A stretch of DNA of 32,000 nucleotides from Candidatus Woesearchaeota archaeon (GTDB lineage Archaea > Nanobdellota > Nanobdellia > Woesearchaeales > GW2011-AR4): the NCBI GenBank assembly GCA_016784105.1, contig JADHVG010000001.1:16238-48237 (forward strand), read 5' to 3'. This document shows positions 16,283-24,050 of this stretch, piece after piece. Every line of letters starts with the position of its first letter. Position 1 is the first letter of the stretch. The position numbers and the translations under genes were made by a program. The notes beneath the pieces were generated by a model. The model was not told where the DNA came from. It worked only from the letters and a program-made list of their open reading frames with translations, and searched no databases.

Positions 16283-16419
16283 AAAACAAAAAAGGACATT
16301 TTGATCTTGCAACATTACTAATTGCAATAATTGGCGGAATTATTGCTTACATTACTGTTGAAAAGAAACTATGGAAATTGTTTGTTAAAGATGAGAAACC
16401 TATACGTGTTCGGAAATGA
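16279..16419 (+). CDS. candidate 46-aa single-TM micro-protein
   Basis: Below the track cutoff. GGAGGT (16265-16270) lies 8 nt before ATG 16279. The product is MKNKKGHFDLATLLIAIIGGIIAYITVEKKLWKLFVKDEKPIRVRK. It overlaps the hydA stop and 29 nt of the protease gene. Confidence 0.3.
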   Translation: MKNKKGHFDLATLLIAIIGGIIAYITVEKKLWKLFVKDEKPIRVRK

Positions 16420-16750
16420 GTTTTTAGAAGAAGATAGAAAAGCAAGAGAGCTTTCTTCTATGTTGGAAGGGTTTAATGTAGTACATTGTAGGAGCCCAGA
16501 TGAATTACTGGAATGTGAAGAGGATGAGATACTTATATTGGATGTTGTTTCCGGGATAAAAAAACCAATGATAATCACAGATATAGAACAGATAAAAACA
16601 ACCAAAATGTTAAGCTTACACGATTTTGATCTAGGATTTTTCCTAAAACTGATGAAAGAAATGGGAATGGACAAAAAGATTAAAATACTAGGAATTCCTC
16701 CATCAGGGGACTTAAAAAAGATAAAAGAAGAAATAAAGGTGATGACATGA
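16391..16750 (+). CDS. hydrogenase maturation endopeptidase (HycI/HoxW family)
   Basis: The motifs VFGNEFLEEDRKA, ILILDVV, SLHDFDL and IKILGIPP are collinear with the HycI motifs (GN..gDD, VDA, H, GIqP). Start set at ATG 16391 instead of TTG 16331. Confidence 0.75.
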   Translation: MRNLYVFGNEFLEEDRKARELSSMLEGFNVVHCRSPDELLECEEDEILILDVVSGIKKPMIITDIEQIKTTKMLSLHDFDLGFFLKLMKEMGMDKKIKILGIPPSGDLKKIKEEIKVMT

Positions 16751-17661
16751 ACAACAAAGGACTAATGCTAGTTTTCTTAACAGCTTTAATATCAGGATTT
16801 TCGATATTTATCAACGCATTTGGAGTCAAAGGTTTCGATTCATCCGTATTTACATTCTCTAAGAATATTGTGGTTGCTTTATTCTTGTTTTCTATCTTAA
16901 TGTTCTTTAACAAGTTTAATGAGTTAAGAAAATTAAGTTTAAAACAGTGGAAACAATTAATGTTTATTGGTCTAATAGGAGGTTCCATACCGTTCTTACT
17001 ATTCTTCAAAGGATTGCAAATGACAACAGGAACATCCTCCGCTTTTATACACAAAACATTGTTTATTTACGCTTCAGTATTTGCTTTATTGTTTTTGAAA
17101 GAAAAACTCAATAAGGGATTTATTCTGGGAGCAGGTTTATTGTTGATAGGGAATTACTTGATGTTAAAACCAAGTTTTGAATTTTCTTTTTGGCATGTGT
17201 TGGTGCTTGTTGCTACAATCTTCTGGGCAGCAGAAAATGCGATTTCTAAGAATGCTCTAAAAGAATTATCAGGAACTATCGTTGCTTTTGGAAGAATGTT
17301 CTTTGGTTCATTATTCATTTTAGTTTTCTTAATCTCAACAGGAAAATTCAGTTCAATATTTTCCATGTCTATTGAACAGTACGGATGGATACTGATAACA
17401 TCAGTATTCTTGCTAGGTTATGTTTTAACTTATTACAATGGGCTGAAAAGGGTTAAATTGAGTGTTGCAGCTCCTGTTTTAGCATTAGGAAGTCCAATAA
17501 CTACATTGTTAAATTTGGTGTATAAAGGGATTGCTTTGTCACTGAACCAATCACTAGGAATACTATTGATAATAGCTGGAATAATGTCAATAGTGTGGTT
17601 TGTTAAAGTATCAGAATTATTGAAGTATATGTTTAAAGTTGGTCAACATGGAAGGAGTTGA
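16747..17661 (+). CDS. EamA/DMT-superfamily transporter (10 TM)
   Basis: 304 aa with two similar five-helix halves, typical of EamA. The ATGA start overlaps the protease gene. Confidence 0.75.
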   Translation: MNNKGLMLVFLTALISGFSIFINAFGVKGFDSSVFTFSKNIVVALFLFSILMFFNKFNELRKLSLKQWKQLMFIGLIGGSIPFLLFFKGLQMTTGTSSAFIHKTLFIYASVFALLFLKEKLNKGFILGAGLLLIGNYLMLKPSFEFSFWHVLVLVATIFWAAENAISKNALKELSGTIVAFGRMFFGSLFILVFLISTGKFSSIFSMSIEQYGWILITSVFLLGYVLTYYNGLKRVKLSVAAPVLALGSPITTLLNLVYKGIALSLNQSLGILLIIAGIMSIVWFVKVSELLKYMFKVGQHGRS

Positions 17662-18361
17662 GTTATGTTCCAGGTTTTCATACATAACAAATTCTTTATG
17701 TTTTTGCGGCCCTAAAGATGCACATCTGGAATTCTTGAAATATCTTAATAGCAAAGAAGATAAAAGCAAAGTAGAAGAATTACTAAAGAAGTTTGAAGGA
17801 ATCTTACCCTATGTTTCTGTTATCGCTGAAAGGAATGGTAAAGAAATATTTGATAAAGAAGTTATTGAAGCTTACTGGTTGGGAAATAGTTTGTTAGATA
17901 ATCTTGATGATGAAGACAACAAAAAAATAATAGATAATTTAGTTTCTAGAGGACTTCTAAGATCAATAGGGGACAAGTTAATTTCTAACTTACCTTCAGG
18001 ATTATTACCTTGTCACTTATTCAATGTCATGTACGTCGGAGTTGGCATGCTTACCGGTTCTGTTGAAACTTCCTTGCACAACATGGACAATTGCAGAATT
18101 TCGTGGGGAAACGTAATAGAAGTTTTGGATGATAAACTAATAGTATCAACAAACAAACTAGTAAAAGAAAACGAAAAATATTTTCTAAAAAATGATGAAA
18201 CCAAAACAGTTGTCTACCTAAAAGAAATGTTGCCAGATATTTCTAAAGGAGATAACATAGCAATCCACTGGGGTTTTGCTTGCATTAAATTAAATGAAAC
18301 ACAGTTAGAGAATTTAAAGAAATATACTGGGAAAGTAATGGTCCGGTTGAATGGTCTTTAA
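17648..18361 (+). CDS. uncharacterised protein with Cys-rich N-terminal domain and HypC-like C-terminal domain
   Basis: The N-terminus carries ELCSRFSYITNSLCFCGP. The C-terminal part, NCRISWGNVIEVLDDKLIV...GDNIAIHWGFACIKLNETQLENLKKY, parallels the neighbouring HypC, MCLAVPGKIVEIEEDIAIV...GDYVILQGGIVVTKVDKKEAQEALKLY. The start overlaps the EamA gene by 14 nt. Confidence 0.7.
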   Translation: MEGVELCSRFSYITNSLCFCGPKDAHLEFLKYLNSKEDKSKVEELLKKFEGILPYVSVIAERNGKEIFDKEVIEAYWLGNSLLDNLDDEDNKKIIDNLVSRGLLRSIGDKLISNLPSGLLPCHLFNVMYVGVGMLTGSVETSLHNMDNCRISWGNVIEVLDDKLIVSTNKLVKENEKYFLKNDETKTVVYLKEMLPDISKGDNIAIHWGFACIKLNETQLENLKKYTGKVMVRLNGL

Positions 18362-18573
18362 TTATTTCCCAATGAACTTTTATACAACTTTAATGCTTCT
18401 TGTGCTTCTTTTTTATCAACTTTGGTAACTACAATTCCCCCTTGCAAGATTACATAATCTCCAACAGAATAATATTTTTCTAATAATTTTCCTTTTCTTT
18501 CTTCTAGATCATAATCAACAATAGCAATATCTTCTTCTATTTCTACTATCTTTCCTGGAACTGCTAAACACAT
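18358..18573 (-). CDS. hypC: hydrogenase maturation chaperone HypC/HupF
   Basis: It has the MCLAVPGKIVEI N-terminus with the essential Cys2, the GDYV motif, and is 71 aa. Confidence 0.92.
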   Translation of the reverse strand: MCLAVPGKIVEIEEDIAIVDYDLEERKGKLLEKYYSVGDYVILQGGIVVTKVDKKEAQEALKLYKSSLGNN

Positions 18574-18574
18574 C

Positions 18575-18898
18575 TTATCTTACCTTAACACTAACCAAGT
18601 TTATGTCTTTTCCTTCCAAAATATCCATGACATTACTCTTGCAGTTAGGACACTCAATAAGAAAACTATCGTGACCCCTCTCAAGAACTTTAGGATTTCC
18701 CGTGAAACCACACTCACACTTAACCTTAGATTTAAGCTCAGAATAATTTATCTTCCAGCTAACAAGTTCTTTCAAACAAGCAATAAGTTCCGGAGTAGGT
18801 AGGTGAGCTAGTTCGCCAACTTCCAGAGTTATCTCTTCTACTTCCCCCTGCGCTTTAGCAGCATCAATAATCTTTTCTGATATTATCGTCTCGTGCAT
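18575..18898 (-). CDS. hypA: hydrogenase nickel-incorporation protein HypA
   Basis: The N-terminus is MHE (Ni site). The zinc knuckle is CECGF...CPNCKS. 107 aa. Confidence 0.9.
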   Translation of the reverse strand: MHETIISEKIIDAAKAQGEVEEITLEVGELAHLPTPELIACLKELVSWKINYSELKSKVKCECGFTGNPKVLERGHDSFLIECPNCKSNVMDILEGKDINLVSVKVR

Positions 18899-18899
18899 T

Positions 18900-19100
18900 T
18901 TATTCTGAAAACATCACATACAAAGGCCTTATCATCGCTAAAACTCCAATCAAAAGGTACCAGTACCATTCCAAAGCAAGCAAATCACTCCAAATTTTTG
19001 CAAGAAACAAAACAAAACCTGCAACAGACAACTTAACAAAACCAATATCGTACCATTTCATTTTAGGAATCTTAGATTCCATCCAATTAAAAAGTCTCAT
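18900..19100 (-). CDS. small two-TM membrane protein, first gene of the hypA-hypC operon
   Basis: 66 aa. TGGTGAT lies 3 nt before the ATG, the same SD spacing as alaX and ftsZ. The stop is 1 nt from the hypA start. Trp/Tyr-rich hydrophobic segments. Confidence 0.6.
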   Translation of the reverse strand: MRLFNWMESKIPKMKWYDIGFVKLSVAGFVLFLAKIWSDLLALEWYWYLLIGVLAMIRPLYVMFSE

Positions 19101-19145
19101 GATATCACCAAAATTGTATGAGGGAACTAACTATTTAAAATTACC

Positions 19146-21731
19146 TTATTTCTTCAAAGAAATCTTTGCCAAAACATTTTGATGCATTCTTTTTAAGAAT
19201 TCAACACGATCCTCTATTTTTAAGATATCTGAAATTCCTTGTGCAACAAGATTGAAAGCAAACGGAGAAGGAACGTCAGTCGATATTTCTTCAATCTTGA
19301 TTTTCTTTTTTTCAATACCTTCAATTACCTTGCTAGCACTATCCACATCCATAAGATCTTCTAAAACTTCTCGTCTGGCCTCTTTCAATATAGAAAAATC
19401 CGGAGAAATTCTTCTTACTGCACTTATTAAGATCATAGAAGAAACTTGTTGTCTACCAACCCGTTTCTTTCTTCCTTTATACATCCTCAAAATCATCAAG
19501 GCACGAGTTGCACAATGTCTAAACCGTCTTTTCAAAACCTCAGTTTTATCAATCGCAAGATCCAAAACCTTCCTAAAATCTTTTGACTTAATAAGCTTAA
19601 AAGCGTGCATGACATTAATGGATTTATCGGAAGCAACATAAAAACCATTATCGTTAATTCCTATTTCCACATCTCGATGCTGACTTCTGGATATTGCTAG
19701 AGCAATTGCCCTTGACAAGCAATCATTAACCCTCCTACCATACAAAGTGTGAAAGATAGTATGTTTTAGGCCTTTCTCATTAGTATAATGCTCAACTATT
19801 ATCCTGGAATGGGAAGGAATTTCTGCATACTCAAACTGCTCCTTGAAATATTCATAGATTGATGAAGCTGCGTTCTTATCAACATAAATATAATCATTAA
19901 TGAATTTCATTATTTCTTTCTTGCTTTTCTTTGCGCAAAATTTTTCATTAAGAAGTTTCCTAAACCTTCCTATTTCCAAAGCAAGATCAAAACTCAACGG
20001 AAGCATTTCACTAAACCATGAAGGGACGGTTGGAGATCTATTAACGGCCGCAGAAACTTGAGCTACCATGCCGCGAGCAAACTTAAACACATAAGTTTGG
20101 CCTCCAAGAACAAAAACATCTCCTGCTCTTAATTTTTCTAGGAAAACCTCTTCAATCGTACCAACAACCTCAGTTCCAACTTTAACTATAACCGAAGTCT
20201 CATCCGGAATCGTCCCGATATTGGTCATGTACAAGACTCTAGCCAATTTACCTCTCTTCCCAATCATTCCGGTTTCTGGATCATACCAAATCTTCGCGTA
20301 GATATGCCGATCTTCTAACGTAGTATACTCTCCTGCCAGATAGCTAAGGACTTCATTAAAGTCTTTTTTTTCAAGAGTATGATAACAATAAGAGCTCGTT
20401 ACTAATTTCCACAAATCTTTTTTTAGAATTCTATCTTGTATAGCAATACCATAAATGTGTTGAGCTAAGACATCCAGTGCATTTGTTGGAATATGAATTT
20501 TGTCTATCTTTTTTTCTACTGCACTCTTTAATATGACCGCACACTCCACCAGATCATCTCTGCCTAAAACAATAATGCGTCCTTTGGTTGTGTCGCGTAA
20601 TCTGTGACCGGATCTTCCAATACGTTGCAAAGCTCTTGCAACAGATTTTGGAGAACCTAAACAAATAACAAGATCAATAAACCCTATGTCTATTCCGAGT
20701 TCTAAAGAAGTTGAACAGACAACAACTTTTATTTTACCTTTCCTTAAATTATCCTCTAAAGTTAACCTATGCTCTTTGGATAAAGAACCGTGATGTGCTC
20801 CGATGTTCTCATGATAAAGTTTAGGGAATTTATCTTTAAGATTGTGAACAACACGCTCGGTAGCGGATCTAGTATTGGTAAAAACTAAAGTTGTCTTGTG
20901 AGTTTGGATAAGATTATGCATAAGATCATACATCGCAGTATGCATACTTTTATGATCAATGTTTATCAAGTCTGGAACCGGAGACAAAACCTTAAGATCC
21001 AATTTTTTGATAAATTGTACATCGACAACCTTACAAGGCCTTTCATGCTTTCCTTCATATCCAGTAAGGTATCTAGCTATTTCATCCAAAGGAGCTATGG
21101 TTGCCGATAAACCAACTCTTGTTAAAGAAGGAGCTATGCTTTGCAATCGTTCCATACTCAAAGATAGATGAGTTCCTCTTTTATTCTCAGCAAGAGCATG
21201 AATCTCATCTACAATCATCCACTGTGAATCTCTCAAGTTGTCAATGAATTTAACAGAAGACAAAACTATAGCTAAAGATTCAGGAGTTGTAATCAAAATA
21301 TGCGGAGGTTTTTTTAGTTGCTGAGATTTTTCATATGAAGTTGTGTCTCCAGTCCTTACTCCAACTCTTATCCCGAATTTTTCTTTTGCTAATTTTTCAA
21401 GTTCCGCTAAAGGTTCCAACAAATTTACTTTTATATCTGAGTTTAAAGCTCTTAGGGGTGAAATGTAAACACAATAAATTTTGTCTTCTAAACACTTTTT
21501 TTGTGAACAATCGATAAGTTCGTTGAGAATGGAAAGGAACGCTGTTAAGGTTTTACCGGAACCGGTTGGGGAAGAGATAAGAATATTTTCTCTTGAGTGT
21601 ATGGGGATAACACCATATTGCTGTGGAACAGAAAAAGTCTTGAATTTCTTTTGAAACCATTTCTTTACTAGAGGGTTCAAAATAGCAAAAACTTGTTTGT
21701 CAGTGTTGGGTTTTTCTAATCTGGTTATCAT
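19146..21731 (-). CDS. lhr: Lhr-type ATP-dependent DEAD/DEAH-box helicase
   Basis: Motifs are SSPTGSGKTLTAF (motif I), VDEIHAL (motif II), SATI and LQRIGRSGHR (motif VI), followed by a long DEAD/H-associated C-terminal region. 861 aa. Confidence 0.88.
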   Translation of the reverse strand: MITRLEKPNTDKQVFAILNPLVKKWFQKKFKTFSVPQQYGVIPIHSRENILISSPTGSGKTLTAFLSILNELIDCSQKKCLEDKIYCVYISPLRALNSDIKVNLLEPLAELEKLAKEKFGIRVGVRTGDTTSYEKSQQLKKPPHILITTPESLAIVLSSVKFIDNLRDSQWMIVDEIHALAENKRGTHLSLSMERLQSIAPSLTRVGLSATIAPLDEIARYLTGYEGKHERPCKVVDVQFIKKLDLKVLSPVPDLINIDHKSMHTAMYDLMHNLIQTHKTTLVFTNTRSATERVVHNLKDKFPKLYHENIGAHHGSLSKEHRLTLEDNLRKGKIKVVVCSTSLELGIDIGFIDLVICLGSPKSVARALQRIGRSGHRLRDTTKGRIIVLGRDDLVECAVILKSAVEKKIDKIHIPTNALDVLAQHIYGIAIQDRILKKDLWKLVTSSYCYHTLEKKDFNEVLSYLAGEYTTLEDRHIYAKIWYDPETGMIGKRGKLARVLYMTNIGTIPDETSVIVKVGTEVVGTIEEVFLEKLRAGDVFVLGGQTYVFKFARGMVAQVSAAVNRSPTVPSWFSEMLPLSFDLALEIGRFRKLLNEKFCAKKSKKEIMKFINDYIYVDKNAASSIYEYFKEQFEYAEIPSHSRIIVEHYTNEKGLKHTIFHTLYGRRVNDCLSRAIALAISRSQHRDVEIGINDNGFYVASDKSINVMHAFKLIKSKDFRKVLDLAIDKTEVLKRRFRHCATRALMILRMYKGRKKRVGRQQVSSMILISAVRRISPDFSILKEARREVLEDLMDVDSASKVIEGIEKKKIKIEEISTDVPSPFAFNLVAQGISDILKIEDRVEFLKRMHQNVLAKISLKK

Positions 21732-21918
21732 TTTATTTCTATATTGAAAATAAATATTGTTACCTTAATTATAACCTATGAGAATAGTGGCAAACTTATA
21801 AAGCTTGTCTCAGAATGTCCAGTGCATAAACAACAACTTTTATAAATCAGCTATCTTTCCCAATACTGTGCTCATATGAGCTAATCTAGTGCCGCAAGGT
21901 ACGACATACTACAATAAA

Positions 21919-22557
21919 ATGGGAACAATATACAACTGCGATCCTGCTGAACTAATACAAAAAGCTTCAGCAGAAATGAAAAAACTTGATAGTTTCAAAG
22001 CTCCAGATTGGGCATCATTCGCTAAAACTGGAATGCACAAGGAAAGACCTCCTTTTTCTGAAGAGTGGTGGCAAGTAAGAGCAGCATCAGTTCTAAGACT
22101 AGTATACAAAAGAGGACCTGTAGGAGTTCAAAAAATAAGGAACAAGTACGGTGGAAAGAAAAATAGGGGAGTAAAGAAAGGACATTTCTACAAAGGATCA
22201 GGAAACGTTGCACGTAAAGTATTACAACAACTGGAAGCAGCAGGATTCGTAAAACAAGAAAAAGATAATGTACACAAAGGACGTGTTATAACCGCAGAAG
22301 GAAAGAAATTTCTGGATACAATAGCATCATCAATCTCAAAAACTCAACCTGCTAAAAAGACTGAGAAAAAAGAATCCAAAAAAGAAAAAAAGGAAGCCAA
22401 AGCAACAGAAAGTAAAACTGAAGCTGTTAAGGAAGAAGCTAAAGAAAAACCTTCTGAAACAAAAAAAGAAGCAACTCAAGATAAAAAAGAAGTTAAAGCA
22501 GAATCTGTTAAGGAAGAACCTAAAGAAACTGCTTCAGAAGAAAAAAAAGCTGAATAG
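21919..22557 (+). CDS. rps19e: 30S ribosomal protein eS19 with about 70-aa Lys/Glu-rich C-terminal extension
   Basis: The core is APDWASFAKTGMHKERPP, WWQVRAASVLRLVY, GSGNVARKVLQQLE. Start set at ATG 21919 (MGTIYNCDPAELI aligns with S19e N-termini) rather than GTG 21889. Confidence 0.88.
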   Translation: MGTIYNCDPAELIQKASAEMKKLDSFKAPDWASFAKTGMHKERPPFSEEWWQVRAASVLRLVYKRGPVGVQKIRNKYGGKKNRGVKKGHFYKGSGNVARKVLQQLEAAGFVKQEKDNVHKGRVITAEGKKFLDTIASSISKTQPAKKTEKKESKKEKKEAKATESKTEAVKEEAKEKPSETKKEATQDKKEVKAESVKEEPKETASEEKKAE

Positions 22558-22568
22558 ATTCCATAAAA

Positions 22569-22886
22569 ATGGATGAGCTAGAAGCAATAAGAAAGAAAAA
22601 ACTTGAAGCTTTGCAAAATCAACAAGCAGAACAATCACAAGAACATCAAGCACAGGAACAATTACAACAACTAGAAGGCATGGTGAAACAAGTCTTCACC
22701 AAAAAAGCTCTTGAAAGATACGGAAATATAAAAACAGCATTTCCGGAAAGAGCAACACAGATTATTGTTTTATTATCACAAGCGATACAATCAGGGCAAC
22801 TCACACAAGTTGACGATAACACATTAAAAGAAATTTTAAAAAAAATAACACCCAAGAAAAAAGACATTAAAATTACGAGAGTATAA
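22569..22886 (+). CDS. PDCD5/TFAR19-like double-stranded DNA-binding protein
   Basis: ALERYGNIKTAFPERATQIIVLLSQAIQSGQL matches the conserved core. The position between S19e and L39e is as in many archaea. Confidence 0.8.
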   Translation: MDELEAIRKKKLEALQNQQAEQSQEHQAQEQLQQLEGMVKQVFTKKALERYGNIKTAFPERATQIIVLLSQAIQSGQLTQVDDNTLKEILKKITPKKKDIKITRV

Positions 22887-23059
22887 TGGCACGATACATA
22901 CACCCAAGCCGGAAGAAAAGATTATCAAAATTAGCACTTTTAACTAGATGGGCTCCTTTCTGGACAGTTCCTAAAATATACGGTAAAAATCGAAAAGTTC
23001 ATCCTGGACGTCATACTAAAGTAAAAAGAAATTGGAGAAGAGTAAAGACCAAAGCATAA
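22886..23059 (+). CDS. rpl39e: 50S ribosomal protein eL39
   Basis: Not in the ORF track (57 aa). My translation is MARYIHPSRKKRLSKLALLTRWAPFWTVPKIYGKNRKVHPGRHTKVKRNWRRVKTKA, which has the L39e P-x-W and RNWRR signatures. The ATG shares one nt with the upstream TAA (TAATG). Confidence 0.85.
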   Translation: MARYIHPSRKKRLSKLALLTRWAPFWTVPKIYGKNRKVHPGRHTKVKRNWRRVKTKA

Positions 23060-23060
23060 G

Positions 23061-23351
23061 ATGGCACATATATTTCCTAAAAAACAGAAAGAAGGAATAT
23101 CAGAAGCATTAATAATTAATAATTTAAGTCATGGTGAAGTTCAAACTTACGAAGGATTAAAGGGAACAATTGGAGAGAGGGTTATGGTAGATATTGCTAG
23201 TGAACATGGATGGTCAGAACCATTCAAAATGCCTGAAACTCTATATAATAAAGCTTTAGCTAGTCTTGTGGGGAGAGGAGAAATATTTAGTACTGGATAT
23301 AGTGCAATGTTGAATCCTGATTTTGACCCAGGAATAGGCGGAACAGATTAA
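23061..23351 (+). CDS. hypothetical 96-aa protein inserted between rpl39e and rpl31e
   Basis: The ORF starts 1 nt after the L39e stop and ends 2 nt before the L31e start. No family recognised. LYNKALASLVGRGEIFS is faintly wHTH-like. Confidence 0.55.
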   Translation: MAHIFPKKQKEGISEALIINNLSHGEVQTYEGLKGTIGERVMVDIASEHGWSEPFKMPETLYNKALASLVGRGEIFSTGYSAMLNPDFDPGIGGTD

Positions 23352-23353
23352 AA

Positions 23354-23959
23354 ATGGCGAAAAAAGAAACAGCTCCAAAAAATGTATTAGAAAGAACTTA
23401 TAACGTTCCTTTAAGAAAAGAATTCCTTAAAGCTCCAAACTGGAACAGAACTCCTAAAGCAGTCAGAGCTTTAAAACAATTTATTGTCAAACATATGAAA
23501 TCAGAAGATGTTTCTATAGGTCGTTATGCAAACGAATTATTGTGGAAAAAAGGAATAAAAAGTCCTCCACACCACATCAAGGTCAATGTTACCAAAGATA
23601 ACAAAGGAAAAGTTGTTGCTGAATTAGTGGAACTTCCTGGAAAAGCTAAAAGGGCTATAGAAAACCTAAAGCAAAGAGAAAAGAAAAAAGAAGATACTGA
23701 AAAACAAAAAGAAGCAGAGACAAAAGTAGAACCAGCAAAAGAAAGCAAGAAGACAACAGATGTTAAAGATGCTCTAGCTGGAAAAGAAGTTAAGGATGCA
23801 GAAGTAGTTGAAGAAAAGAAAGAAGGTAAAGCTAAAGAAGTTCAAAAAGAAGGGATTAAAGAATTAAAAGAAGATGCAAAGAAGCATCATGCAGCTCCAA
23901 AACAAGAATCGATTCCAAAGAACGTACAGAAACAACAGACTGCTCCTAAAAGTCAATAA
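23354..23959 (+). CDS. rpl31e: 50S ribosomal protein eL31 with about 105-aa Lys/Glu-rich C-terminal extension
   Basis: The core is ERTYNVPLRKEFLKAPNWNRTPKAVRALKQFIVKHMK...ELLWKKGIKSPPHHIKV. A long KEKKKEDTEKQKEAE...-type tail follows. Confidence 0.88.
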   Translation: MAKKETAPKNVLERTYNVPLRKEFLKAPNWNRTPKAVRALKQFIVKHMKSEDVSIGRYANELLWKKGIKSPPHHIKVNVTKDNKGKVVAELVELPGKAKRAIENLKQREKKKEDTEKQKEAETKVEPAKESKKTTDVKDALAGKEVKDAEVVEEKKEGKAKEVQKEGIKELKEDAKKHHAAPKQESIPKNVQKQQTAPKSQ

Positions 23960-24050
23960 GAATTCTAAAAAAGTTTTAAGAAAAGTAAAATTCTATTTAT
24001 ACCATTAGATAACACAAACTTTTATTAAAAAACATGGTTTCTTTTCTAGC

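Noticed and set aside
19252-21517. Plus-strand ORFs 19252-19641, 20898-21110, 20959-21171 and 21335-21517.
   Set aside because: They are antisense to the 861-aa Lhr helicase gene, which has a full motif complement. There is no independent start signal.
22320-23960. aaagaa-rich DNA that at first glance looks like tandem or CRISPR-like repeats.
   Set aside because: There is no fixed-length repeat or spacer periodicity. It is codon-level low complexity encoding the Lys/Glu tails of eS19 and eL31. No CRISPR array is present anywhere in the window.
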